In this document: positions 17,581 to 26,956 of the stretch, in pieces
How positions within the stretch are numbered: position 1 is the first letter of the stretch
Layout: every line of letters begins with the position of its first letter
Source of the DNA: an uncultured Chloroflexia bacterium
GTDB lineage: Bacteria > Chloroflexota > Ktedonobacteria > Ktedonobacterales > JADMIN01
Reading direction: 5' to 3'
Assembly: GCA_963718915.1 (NCBI GenBank)
Contig: CAVRAI010000004.1
Coordinates: forward strand, 300,001-332,000
DNA length: 32,000 nucleotides
Position numbers and translations under genes: made by a program
Notes under the pieces: model-generated
Told to the model about the DNA's origin: nothing
Database searches by the model: none
Seen by the model: only the letters and a program-made list of their open reading frames with translations

Positions 17581-17899
17581 AGAACATAGGAGGGACAGAT
17601 CTCCGGCCTGCGCCAGCGGTCTGCTGAGAGGCGCCTGCCGGAGCATAAATGCCCCGGCGAATTGCCCCATCCCACCAGCGCATAGCGTCGCATGTGCTCA
17701 TTCGCCGTAGCGTGAACGCTACAGCTTGCTCGCCCCACCGCAATGCTGGTGTCCGCTGCAAATCCTAAAACGACATAAAGGCTGGAGTAGATGAGCAGAG
17801 GGCGTAAACGTCACCAGGGCTGCACAATTCTGCTCCGATCATTTATGGCCGAGACCGTAACCTGCAATGCGTGCGGGTTAGCTGATAAGGAGCGCAAGC

Positions 17900-18391
17900 A
17901 TGACGGGCGAGCATGCCGCCATCTCGATTCGCGACGCTGTACTTGAGGATGCTCTCGCGATAGATGCTGTGCTACGCGCGCTCGGCTGGTTCACCCATCT
18001 CGACGACATCTCATCGGACGAGAGGCAGGAGCGCATCGCTAGCGTCATCGCCGAAAAATGCGCTTCCGGTGGCGACAACACACTGCTCGTGGCAGAGTCC
18101 GACGCGAGTGGCGTGGTCGGCTACCTCTTCGTCCACTGGTTGCCCAACCTGATCTTTGGCGGCGAGGGCTACGTCTCCGAGCTGTTCATCCGTCCCGAGG
18201 CGCGCGGCCACGGCATCGGCGGCGCCTTGCTGGAGGAGACCAAACGACGTGGCGTTGCCCGTGGCTACCAGCGCCTCAGCCTCTTCAACCGCCGCGAGCG
18301 CGAGTCGTACCAACGCGGCTTCTACCCGAAGCATGGCTGGGTCGAACGTGATGATACGGCGCTATTCATGTATAACCTCGAAGAAGAGTAG
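17900..18391 (+). CDS. GNAT family N-acetyltransferase
   Basis: 163 aa. Motif A is RPEARGHGIGGALL. AAGGAG RBS lies 7 nt upstream. Confidence 0.85.
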   Translation: MTGEHAAISIRDAVLEDALAIDAVLRALGWFTHLDDISSDERQERIASVIAEKCASGGDNTLLVAESDASGVVGYLFVHWLPNLIFGGEGYVSELFIRPEARGHGIGGALLEETKRRGVARGYQRLSLFNRRERESYQRGFYPKHGWVERDDTALFMYNLEEE

Positions 18392-18491
18392 TAGCCCAGA
18401 GCTGTCCATCGTGCCAGCGGGGTGACTCGCCGAGCGCGATGCCGCTCATCAGGATACGCGGTTCGGGCATCGTAGCCTCCACGTGCTCATT

Positions 18492-18866
18492 TCACTGCTC
18501 AAGCACGGACAGGATGTTGCCAGCCGGGTCTTTGAACCAGGCAATCTTCGGGCCTCCGCTACGAGAAATCCCCTTCTCGTCCGTCACCAGGTCGCCCTGA
18601 TTGTAGGACTCGAAGCGTACGCCACGAGCGGTCAGGTTATCTACCGCCTGCTCGATGTCGGCGACGGGAAAGTTCAGGATAGTGAAGGTGGCTGGCGCAT
18701 GGTTATCCTTGGGATAAACCAGGATGGTCGTGTCGCCAGCGATGTGGAGTTGTAGCAGGCCGTTCGCCTCGGTAACGTCTATCCCAAGCGTCTGACCATA
18801 GAATTCCTTCGCTTTTTCGAGGTCATCGACTGAAAATCCGGAAAACGCCCTGGTATCTTCGAACAT
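18492..18866 (-). CDS. VOC (glyoxalase/bleomycin-resistance/dioxygenase) family protein
   Basis: ORF trimmed to ATG 18866 ([23 protein letters not shown]), with an AAGGAG RBS. The C-terminal [13 protein letters not shown] is typical of VOC proteins. Confidence 0.8.
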   Translation of the reverse strand: MFEDTRAFSGFSVDDLEKAKEFYGQTLGIDVTEANGLLQLHIAGDTTILVYPKDNHAPATFTILNFPVADIEQAVDNLTARGVRFESYNQGDLVTDEKGISRSGGPKIAWFKDPAGNILSVLEQ

Positions 18867-19109
18867 TGGGGCACTCCTTGTTCTGCTCCGCGCAAAGGGT
18901 TGTACGACGAATGCATAAAGTATAGTCGCGCAAGGCACGGATACGGCTTCTCCGATATTGCTCATTTCATAGCCATTGGCGCCCATATCAGGCAGAGTAC
19001 TGGTATCGCTGGCTGTAAGCGTTCCCGAATCCCCATATATCTGGTATTCTGGTAAGCGCGTAACGTTTGGCTACGCTGTTTATTGCGCCCCTGCTGAGAG
19101 GAATCATCT

Positions 19110-19751
19110 ATGCCGTATTATCTGGGGCTGACCGGCAACATCGCTTGCGGCAAGTCTACCGTGGGCCAGATGTTGCAGGCGCTCGGCGTGTATCGCTACA
19201 TCGACGCCGACGCTATCGTCCATGAACTGTATCTGCCGGGGCAGCCGCTCGTTGCCCAACTGGCGCGGGAGTTCGGGCCGGAGATTCTGGATGCGAGCGG
19301 CGGGGTAGACCGCAAGGCGCTCGGCGCGCTGGTCTTTGGCGATCCCGAGAAGCTGCGACAGCTCGAAACGCTCGTCCATCCCGCAGTGCAGGAGGCCGTC
19401 ATCGGCCAGATACGACTGATACCCGATGGCCAGGTCGGCGTGCTGGATGCCATCAAACTGGTCGAGTCCGGGTATGCGTCGCTCTGCCACGGCATCTGGA
19501 TCGTCCGCTGCTCTCCTGAGACCCAGCTGCGGCGGTTGATCGAGCAACGCGGGATGAGCGAAGAGGAGGCGCGCGCGCGCCTGGCGGCACAGCCAGCCAC
19601 CGAGCCAAAGCTCGCGCAGGCGACTGAAATCATCGACAACGATGGCTCCCTCGAAGACCTGCGTAGTCAGGTGACGGTGGCATGGGGACGTTTCCAGGCG
19701 TCACTGCCACGTCAGGATGAGGGATCCGATGAAGGAGGCAATCCATCGTGA
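19110..19751 (+). CDS. coaE: Dephospho-CoA kinase
   Basis: LGLTGNIACGKSTV P-loop at the N-terminus, plus the D.D..VHELY pattern. The stop overlaps the pyk start (GTGA). Confidence 0.85.
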   Translation: MPYYLGLTGNIACGKSTVGQMLQALGVYRYIDADAIVHELYLPGQPLVAQLAREFGPEILDASGGVDRKALGALVFGDPEKLRQLETLVHPAVQEAVIGQIRLIPDGQVGVLDAIKLVESGYASLCHGIWIVRCSPETQLRRLIEQRGMSEEEARARLAAQPATEPKLAQATEIIDNDGSLEDLRSQVTVAWGRFQASLPRQDEGSDEGGNPS

Positions 19752-21250
19752 GCGGTACCGCATTATCGATCCGCCACACTAAGATCGTTTGTACGCTTGG
19801 CCCGGCGACTTCCACTGAGGAGCGCGTCGAGGCGCTGATGCGCGCCGGGATGGATGTGGCACGAATCAACTTCTCCCATGGCACGCACGACCAGCACGCC
19901 GCGACCATCGCACGGGTACGAGCGGTGGCGGCGCGGCTGAACCGTCCGGTCGCCATCCTGCAGGATTTGCAGGGGCCAAAGATTCGTACAGGCGCGCTTG
20001 AAGGCGGCAGGCCAATATTTCTGACCGATGGACATCGGTTTGTCCTGACGACACGTCCCATTACAGGAACAGGCAAAATCGTCTGCACCACCTACACCGA
20101 TCTGCCGAAGGATGTCAAACGGGGCGATACCATTCTGCTCTCGGATGGCGCCATCGAGCTGCGCGTGACTGGGGTGGTCAAGCAAGACGTCAACACCGAG
20201 GTCATCCACGGCGGATCGCTTGCCGAGCATCAGGGGATCAACCTGCCCGGCGTCGCGGTTAGCGCGCCAGCCCTCACCGAGAAGGATCGCGTTGATTTGA
20301 TCTTCGGCGTGGGGCAAGGTGTGGACTATATCGCGCTTAGTTTCGTCCGGCGGCCAGAAGATGTGACCGAGGCGAAGGAACTGGTCGAAGAGACGCTGCG
20401 CAACTTGCCCGAACTCTGCGCTCCTTCGCCGCGTGAGTTGCACCCCTCCGCCTATGCCGCTGAACGCACGATCCCGGTGATCGCCAAGCTGGAGAAACCC
20501 GAGGCGCTTCAGGCGCTTGACGCGATTCTGAAGGTTGCCGATGGTGTGATGGTCGCGCGCGGAGACCTCGGCGTCGAGTTGCCACTGGAGCGCGTGCCGA
20601 CCATCCAGAAGGAGATCATCGCCAAAGCCAATGCGTGTGGGCTGCCTGTCATCACCGCCACCCAGATGCTCGAATCGATGATCGAGCACCCGCGCCCGAC
20701 GCGCGCCGAGGCAAGCGATGTCGCCAACGCCATTCTCGATGGCACCGACGCCGTGATGCTCAGCGCCGAAACGGCCGTCGGCAAGTATCCTGTCGAGGCG
20801 GTACAGGTAATGGCGCGGATCGCCTGCGAATCGGAGCCGTATTGTAAGCATGGCCCATTCGAGCGCCACCACGAGCGACGCACGCATGCGCACGCGGTCG
20901 CCAGCGCGGCGCATATCCTGGCGCGCGAGGCTGGAGCGCACCTGATTGCGGCGTTTACTCGCACGGGCACGTCGGCGCACTTGATCTCGAAAGAGCGTCC
21001 GGTGATGCCAGTCGTCGCCTATACGCCGTTCGAGCAGGTCTATCGGCGACTGGCGCTGTGGTGGGGCGTGATGCCGCGCCGAAGCGAGCTGCTTGGCACG
21101 ACCGAGCAATTGATCGCCTGGGTAGACGAGCAGCTTCAGGAAGAGGGACTGGTGCATCGAGGTGACGAGGTAGTGATTATGGGTGGCACGCCCGTTGCTG
21201 GCAGCGCCCGCACGAACTTCGTCAAGCTACAGCACATCGGCGACGAGTAG
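19748..21250 (+). CDS. pyk: Pyruvate kinase
   Basis: TKIVCTLGPAT, ARINFSHG, MVARGDLGVE and TQMLESM motifs. 500 aa, GTG start. Confidence 0.9.
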   Translation: MSGTALSIRHTKIVCTLGPATSTEERVEALMRAGMDVARINFSHGTHDQHAATIARVRAVAARLNRPVAILQDLQGPKIRTGALEGGRPIFLTDGHRFVLTTRPITGTGKIVCTTYTDLPKDVKRGDTILLSDGAIELRVTGVVKQDVNTEVIHGGSLAEHQGINLPGVAVSAPALTEKDRVDLIFGVGQGVDYIALSFVRRPEDVTEAKELVEETLRNLPELCAPSPRELHPSAYAAERTIPVIAKLEKPEALQALDAILKVADGVMVARGDLGVELPLERVPTIQKEIIAKANACGLPVITATQMLESMIEHPRPTRAEASDVANAILDGTDAVMLSAETAVGKYPVEAVQVMARIACESEPYCKHGPFERHHERRTHAHAVASAAHILAREAGAHLIAAFTRTGTSAHLISKERPVMPVVAYTPFEQVYRRLALWWGVMPRRSELLGTTEQLIAWVDEQLQEEGLVHRGDEVVIMGGTPVAGSARTNFVKLQHIGDE

Positions 21251-21275
21251 CCACAGACCAGTCCGTTCGTTCAGA

Positions 21276-21569
21276 TTAATCCGCAGGCGCCGCAGCGTTG
21301 CGCGACCGGCGGAAACGCGCCCAGAGCCAGGGCGCCACGACAACACCGAGGATGCCGACCCACAAAGCCGTGGGAGTCCCAAAGAGCCGCCCCAGCAAAA
21401 GCGTACCGATCCATCCCCCCAGCAGCGAGCACAACGCCCCAGTCGCCAGCGTCGCCAGCCAGCCATTCGCCCCGCTCACACCTCGCGCCGAAAAGCCTAG
21501 CCGCGCCCCCTGCGCCAGCAGGCCGAAGATGACGCCGAGAAATATCCAGAAGAGCGAGAGTTGCAGCAT
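21276..21569 (-). CDS. GlsB/YeaQ/YmgE-family small membrane protein
   Basis: 97 aa after trimming to ATG 21569 (GGAAGGAG RBS). Three hydrophobic segments with a Gly-rich GALCSLLGGWIGTLL pattern resemble YeaQ. Confidence 0.6.
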   Translation of the reverse strand: MLQLSLFWIFLGVIFGLLAQGARLGFSARGVSGANGWLATLATGALCSLLGGWIGTLLLGRLFGTPTALWVGILGVVVAPWLWARFRRSRNAAAPAD

Positions 21570-21594
21570 AGCGCTAGACTCCTTCCGCACAAGG

Positions 21595-22842
21595 CTAGAT
21601 AGACGGTTCAAGCAACGAATAGACCACGCGATACAGCCGGAGTCCGTCGCCGATAAGCGGTCCTAGCCCAAGCCCAGACTTCACCTCGACATGCTGGAAG
21701 ATGCTGAACTCGACGAACTGATGAGGCTTCCCCAGGCGGTCCAGCGCCGCGTTGAAGTCGCGCGACTCCGTAAATGGGACGAAGATATCGCTGCGGTCAT
21801 GCAGCAGATAGATTGGCGCAGTGATATCCCGCACGACTGAACTTGGCGAGAGCGCCGCTAGCAGCGTGTGCATTTCAGGCGAGAGCGCGGCGACGTTTGC
21901 CGCCGCCTGATCTGGTTGGTCGCCCGCCAGCAGGTGATATGCCGCCTGGGTGGATGGCGTCAGTAGCGCAACCTGGTCGGCGCTGAGCGGACTGAACCCC
22001 TCGGAACACCTCCCCGTGAGGAGGTCCGCCTCTTGAGGAGGCAAGGTGGTGGAGATGGTGTTCGCCAGCACCCGTAAGGGTATGGGATCCGGGTTCCAGG
22101 GCTGTGTCTTGCCATCGACGACCAGCGCGCGCCGCCCAACATCCTGCAGCAGCGACTCGGCGTTGAAGAAGCCGCCGAAGAAGGTCAGGAAAGCGATATG
22201 GCCCTGCATCCGCGGCTCGGCGGCGGCCAGACTGGCGAGCGCGCCGCCCGCGCTAAAACCGACGATCCCGACTCGATTCGCGCCGACGCCCGGCCAGCGT
22301 TGCAGCCGAAGCACTGCCTGAGCCACCGCGTCGGCATCTTTTGGCAAGAGCGCACACTCGATGAGCGAGTCTGTCGTCATGAGCATGGCGACGATCCCGA
22401 CGCGCGCCATCCCCTCCACGAGATTGATGAGTTGTTGATCTTGGCGGTTGTCATCCACTCCGGGAATGATGACAACGCCCTCACGCGCGCCTGGAATCGG
22501 CGGGGTTGGGGCGGCAGGCTCGTAGACATCCAGGTAGACTGGACCACCTTTCGAGGGAACAGTGAGTGAGGTGTGGCGGACATCGTCGCCGGTGAAGGTC
22601 AGCGGCAGTGGTTGAGTTCTGAAGACGAGCGCGGGCAGCAACATCGCTGCCCGAAACGCGCCACGCCCCTGTGGTACCAATGTAGTGGCGGCGCCGAGGA
22701 GGAAGGCCACCACCAGCACGACGCGCGCCAGCCAGCGTCCCACGGTTCCCAGGCGTTCGAGCAGGGATGATGAGGCCGCGTTTTGGCGAGGCTCAGGCGT
22801 ATGGGCATCGCCTGGACTTTCGATGGCAGGCTCGCGGGACAT
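21595..22842 (-). CDS. Membrane-anchored alpha/beta hydrolase
   Basis: N-terminal TM segment (WLARVVLVVAFLLGAATTLV). Nucleophile elbow GFSAGG, and a late HDRSD segment. The start is uncertain: ATG 22842 has a GAGGGGGA RBS, and the ORF extends to 22923. Confidence 0.7.
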   Translation of the reverse strand: MSREPAIESPGDAHTPEPRQNAASSSLLERLGTVGRWLARVVLVVAFLLGAATTLVPQGRGAFRAAMLLPALVFRTQPLPLTFTGDDVRHTSLTVPSKGGPVYLDVYEPAAPTPPIPGAREGVVIIPGVDDNRQDQQLINLVEGMARVGIVAMLMTTDSLIECALLPKDADAVAQAVLRLQRWPGVGANRVGIVGFSAGGALASLAAAEPRMQGHIAFLTFFGGFFNAESLLQDVGRRALVVDGKTQPWNPDPIPLRVLANTISTTLPPQEADLLTGRCSEGFSPLSADQVALLTPSTQAAYHLLAGDQPDQAAANVAALSPEMHTLLAALSPSSVVRDITAPIYLLHDRSDIFVPFTESRDFNAALDRLGKPHQFVEFSIFQHVEVKSGLGLGPLIGDGLRLYRVVYSLLEPSI

Positions 22843-23064
22843 CTCAGATTTCCCCCTCATCGTCGGTCTATCATGTGGCGCATGCGCCGTCTTTGTCATA
22901 CATGATAGTACGCGGAGTAGCATAACACACTGGCAAGCAACGCGAGCGCGTACTGCCTCGTCTTCAGGAGTAGAATTAGGAGGATTATCAAAGGCGCGCG
23001 CGAAGATTTGCTATACTGACGGGATGGGTTCGTGGACAGGTGTTAAGTGGCATGGGAGTGATCA

Positions 23065-24267
23065 ATGGTTGGCCTGGCGGTTGGTGAGATATCTGGGAGC
23101 GTCGCGGCGCTCTTCTTGAGCCTGGGTGCAGCGCAACTGGATCTGTCCCCTACGGATCTGGGGCTGCGCGCGGGACTGACGCTCATCATCCTGCTGGTGG
23201 CATTGTTGCTTGGCCCGCGCATCTCTCGCAGCGTAAGCCGCGTGCCCGCGCTCATCGAGACGGCGCGCGTGCGGCGGGCGACCCGGAATGGCGCTCCCGA
23301 CTCCTCGAATGGGACACAGAGCGCCAGCGCGCCCGAAGGCGTTGAGTTGGCGGATCGGCCAACCGGGATGAGCCGCTGGCTGGGCAGTGTCGTGCTCGTC
23401 TGCCTCTGGATTTTCGCACTGTATCTGATTGCCGTCATCTGGCTTGTGGACTCACCGGTTGTGACACCTGATCGCCAAACGTTGCTCCAGGCAGTCCACG
23501 ACTTCGTGGTGAATCTCGGTATCACGATGCTGATTACCGTCCTGACGCTCGTTGTGGCGCGTGCGTTGCAGAAGAGCCTCATGGGAAGCCTGCGGCGCGG
23601 GCATGTCAATAGCAATCTGGTGGTGCTGGTGGGCCGCACCGTCTTCATCGCCACGGTGGTCGTCGGGATTATCCTTGTGCTGGGCGTCTGGGGGCTGGGC
23701 ATCGCGCTTCCAGTAACGATCATCGGCGCGATGACGGTAGCCTTGACGCTGGCGCTTCAGGATATCCTCAAGAATGTGGTATCGGGCGTGTATCTGCTGG
23801 TCGAGCGCCCCTTTGTGATTGGCGACCAGATTACCATCGCTAGCTATACGGGCGTCGTCGAAAATATCTACATTCGCGTGACCGCGCTACGGACGAGCGG
23901 TGGCGAGCGAGTGCTGGTGCCCAATGGCCTGCTGTTCAGTTCGCCGGTCGTCAACAACTCGTTCTCGCAGCGACGTCGGGTGGGCCTGCTCGTGACGGTG
24001 CCCGATAGCGGGCCAGATGCGACCGTCGCTGCGCAACAACAGGTGCTGCTCGCGCTGGAGGATGTGGAGACGGCCCTGCGCACGCCCGCGCCAGAGGTCA
24101 CGCTCTCGAAGGTGAGCGGCGGCAAGGTGGACCTGCGCGCGGTATTCTGGTTGCCCGCCACCCGTACCGAAGAGAATGGAGACGCGATCTCCAACGCAAT
24201 GCGCCAGGTGCGCACGCGCCTGCCGGATGCCGAGGTCGCGCCGCTCGACTCCAGTCTCACTGACTAA
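23065..24267 (+). CDS. Mechanosensitive ion channel (MscS) family protein
   Basis: TM segments are followed by NVVSGVYLLVERPFVIGDQITI...GVVENIYIRVTALRTSGGERVLVPNG, the MscS core. Confidence 0.85.
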   Translation: MVGLAVGEISGSVAALFLSLGAAQLDLSPTDLGLRAGLTLIILLVALLLGPRISRSVSRVPALIETARVRRATRNGAPDSSNGTQSASAPEGVELADRPTGMSRWLGSVVLVCLWIFALYLIAVIWLVDSPVVTPDRQTLLQAVHDFVVNLGITMLITVLTLVVARALQKSLMGSLRRGHVNSNLVVLVGRTVFIATVVVGIILVLGVWGLGIALPVTIIGAMTVALTLALQDILKNVVSGVYLLVERPFVIGDQITIASYTGVVENIYIRVTALRTSGGERVLVPNGLLFSSPVVNNSFSQRRRVGLLVTVPDSGPDATVAAQQQVLLALEDVETALRTPAPEVTLSKVSGGKVDLRAVFWLPATRTEENGDAISNAMRQVRTRLPDAEVAPLDSSLTD

Positions 24268-24360
24268 TCGACCTGGACTAATAGTGCCCGGTTCGCCACA
24301 TCCGCCATCGGAAGCGTTACATTTATAGCACAGTGGGCATTGTGTGATCGTCGGGCCACT

Positions 24361-25104
24361 ATGAGCGGGAGCGCAACGGTGAACCAGAGCAACAGCAGCC
24401 GCCCTGCGACTCATGGCAGACGGCGCACTCGGCGGTCTTTCCCACAACAGCGCGTGCATGTGGGGCCGAGGTATGGTATTCTAGGCGGGACATTTGACCC
24501 GCCGCACCTGGGGCACCTTGTGATTGCGCAGGAGGTGTATGCTCGCATGGGGCTGGACCGTGTCTGGTTTATGCCAGCCGGGCAGCCTCCCCACAAAGCG
24601 CAACGGAGCATCTCGCCTGCCGCCGACCGGTTGGCGATGGTCGAACGGGCTATCGCGGCGGATGACCGTTTCGCGGTCTCAACCGTCGAACTGGAGCGCC
24701 CTGGGCCGTCATATACCGTGGATACGCTGCGCGAGCTTCGAGCGCTCTGGGGTGATGACGCCTGGATGGTGTTGATCCTTGGATGGGATATGCTGGAGTA
24801 TCTGCCCAAGTGGCACGAGGCTAAACATGTCATCGCGAGCGCCGATCAGATTGCCGTGGTGTATCGCCCAGGCTTCGTGGCGAACGAGAGCGATGTGGCG
24901 CGGCTGGAAGAGCAGTTTCCGGGGCTACGCGCGAAACTGGCGCTCGTGCCCGGACCACAGCTTGCCATCTCAGGGACAGAGATACGCGCGCGTGTGGCAC
25001 AATTGTTGCCCGTGCGTTATCTGACCCCTGACGCGGTCGCGTCGTATATTGAGATGCAGTCGTTATATCGCGCGGTGTACCAGGCGGAAGGGGCAGATTC
25101 ATGA
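24361..25104 (+). CDS. nadD: Nicotinate-nucleotide adenylyltransferase
   Basis: GILGGTFDPPHLGH (T/HxGH) and ISGTEIR motifs. The start is uncertain (TTG 24340, ATG 24361, GTG 24454 or 24460). Homologues usually start only a few residues before GILGG. Confidence 0.85.
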   Translation: MSGSATVNQSNSSRPATHGRRRTRRSFPQQRVHVGPRYGILGGTFDPPHLGHLVIAQEVYARMGLDRVWFMPAGQPPHKAQRSISPAADRLAMVERAIAADDRFAVSTVELERPGPSYTVDTLRELRALWGDDAWMVLILGWDMLEYLPKWHEAKHVIASADQIAVVYRPGFVANESDVARLEEQFPGLRAKLALVPGPQLAISGTEIRARVAQLLPVRYLTPDAVASYIEMQSLYRAVYQAEGADS

Positions 25105-25355
25105 AGTACGCTGATCTCGGTCTCAATGACCGGGTGCGGCTGCGCAAGCCTCATCCCTGTGGGAGCACCGACTGGCGAGTGGTTCGCCTGGGCGCCGACA
25201 TTGGCCTGAAGTGCGAAGGGTGCGGTCGGCGTGTTCTGTTGCCACGTAGCGAGGTCGAACGTCGCATTAAGCTGATCTTGAGCCGAGGCACTGAAAACAC
25301 CGTCTCTGGTATAGTGAGTGAAGGAAGCGATGACGAACGCGCGACGCCGCAATGA
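25101..25355 (+). CDS. DUF951-family small protein (YyzM-like)
   Basis: LNDRVRLRKPHPCGSTDWRVVRLGADIGLKCEGCGRRVLLPRSEVERRIK matches my recollection of the DUF951 core (KKPHPCG...IRxGxDIxxKCxxCxxxxxxPR). ATGA overlap with nadD. Confidence 0.75.
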   Translation: MKYADLGLNDRVRLRKPHPCGSTDWRVVRLGADIGLKCEGCGRRVLLPRSEVERRIKLILSRGTENTVSGIVSEGSDDERATPQ

Positions 25356-26865
25356 CGGGCTGGAGGAGCAGGATCCAAATAGTACGGCGCCTGGCGTAGC
25401 ACATGCAGCGGCGTACGCTCAACCCGCTCCCCGCCGAACCGGACCGCTCCAGGGGCTTACCGATCCTTCACTTAAGGCGGTAGGCACGCAGCACCGGGGA
25501 TTTCGCACGCTCATACACAACCACTATTTCATGCGGCTGTGGCTGGCGCAGTTGATCTCACAGACGATTATGAACGCCGCCAACTATGCGCTGATTATCG
25601 TCACGCAGCGAGCTGGTTCGGGGGGCTTCACCGCGGCGGCTGGCGCTATCGTCGCCTTCAGCCTGCCCGCGCTGCTCTTTGGCGCGCCCGCTGGTGTGCT
25701 GGTGGATCGCTTCGACCGTAGGCTGGTGCTCTGGGTCAGCAACCTGCTTCGCGCCGTCGCCTCAATCGCCTTCGTCTTTGTGCTCATGATCGACTCGACG
25801 CCCTTGTTACCGGTCTATATCCTGGCGTTCTTCATGGCGATGGTGGGCCAGTTCTTTGCCCCGGCTGAAGGCGCGGCGATCCCGTTGTTGGTGCGGCGTG
25901 AAGAGATGATTCACGCGCTGTCGCTCTTCAACATTACGTTTACCCTGGCGCAGGCGGCAGGCCTCATCATCCTCGGTCCTCTGATGCTGGCGCTGGTTCC
26001 AACCTTTCGAGTTGGCACCGCGGCGCATGGTATCGACTTCACATCACGCGAGACGCTTTTCATTGTCATCGCGCTGCTCTATATGGTCTGCGTTGGACTT
26101 ATTCTCTCGCTTCCCAAAGCGCGCATGAAGGTGACTCAGCAATCCCATAACCAGCAGGATGTGCTGTTTCAGTCGAAAGACATGAGCCAGATTCGGCGTG
26201 TCTACATCAGCATTTTGCAGACTGGCAACTTCATTCGCAAAGATCGTCGCCTACTGATTTCCGTTGGTCAGCTTGCCCTGGGCGGCTCCGTCGTGGCAGT
26301 AATCGCGATGATCGCGCCAGGCTTTGTCCTAGAGTTTTTCCACAAGCCCCCGGAACTAGCCGCTATCATCTTTGTGCCCGCGGGGGCCGGGCTGGTGCTT
26401 GGCTCTGCCATTACGCCAAATGTTGCGCGCCGGTTTGGCTATACGCGCACCATCACGGTCGGCGTGTTTATGGTGGCGGGCAGCGCGGCGCTGCTCTCGG
26501 CTGTGCACGCGATAGCGCCTCATATATTCGGCGCGCAGGCTTTCTTCGATGCCCCATTGTATTTGGTCGTTATGATGTTGCTGACCTTCGTCATTGGCAT
26601 CGGGCTGGACTTTATCAATGTTCCGGCGCAGACTACGCTTCAGGACCGTTCACCGAACTGGATTAAAGGGCGTGTGCTGGCGGTGCAGGGAATGATTCTT
26701 AACGCCGTTACTATTCCGTTCGTACTCGTGATGGGGCGAGTTGCCGATGGGTATGGGCTCGCGCCCGCAATACTGGTTCTTGCTGGTATAATAGCGATTG
26801 CCGGACTTTTGAGTGTCTATATTGGTGGTCGGCCAGACCCTGGCGAGCGCCAGCCTGCATCATAA
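25330..26865 (+). CDS. MFS transporter
   Basis: About 12 TM segments with the loop motif VLVDRFDRRLVL. Start is ATG 25330 (GAAGGAAG upstream) or GTG 25318. It overlaps the DUF951 gene end by 26-38 nt. Confidence 0.8.
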   Translation: MTNARRRNDGLEEQDPNSTAPGVAHAAAYAQPAPRRTGPLQGLTDPSLKAVGTQHRGFRTLIHNHYFMRLWLAQLISQTIMNAANYALIIVTQRAGSGGFTAAAGAIVAFSLPALLFGAPAGVLVDRFDRRLVLWVSNLLRAVASIAFVFVLMIDSTPLLPVYILAFFMAMVGQFFAPAEGAAIPLLVRREEMIHALSLFNITFTLAQAAGLIILGPLMLALVPTFRVGTAAHGIDFTSRETLFIVIALLYMVCVGLILSLPKARMKVTQQSHNQQDVLFQSKDMSQIRRVYISILQTGNFIRKDRRLLISVGQLALGGSVVAVIAMIAPGFVLEFFHKPPELAAIIFVPAGAGLVLGSAITPNVARRFGYTRTITVGVFMVAGSAALLSAVHAIAPHIFGAQAFFDAPLYLVVMMLLTFVIGIGLDFINVPAQTTLQDRSPNWIKGRVLAVQGMILNAVTIPFVLVMGRVADGYGLAPAILVLAGIIAIAGLLSVYIGGRPDPGERQPAS

Positions 26866-26956
26866 TGTTTATCTGACAGGCGGCGTGATCGGCCCATGCA
26901 ACGATAGTTCCGCAGCACGTAGGGCAACGTGGGCATCATCTTAAGGCAGGTATCGT

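Noticed and set aside
17579-17761. A 60-aa minus-strand ORF in the ABC-F/GNAT spacer
   Set aside because: It has Arg/Ala/Trp-rich composition, no RBS and no motif. It is unlikely to be coding.
18568-18592. Inverted repeat ACGAGAA-atcccc-TTCTCGT, which resembles the CGAGAA core of the cofD-upstream repeat
   Set aside because: It lies inside the well-supported VOC coding sequence, shares only 6-7 nt with the core, and is most simply a coincidence.
19763-21157. A 464-aa minus-strand ORF
   Set aside because: It is antisense to pyruvate kinase. It is a shadow ORF with low-complexity Arg-rich composition.
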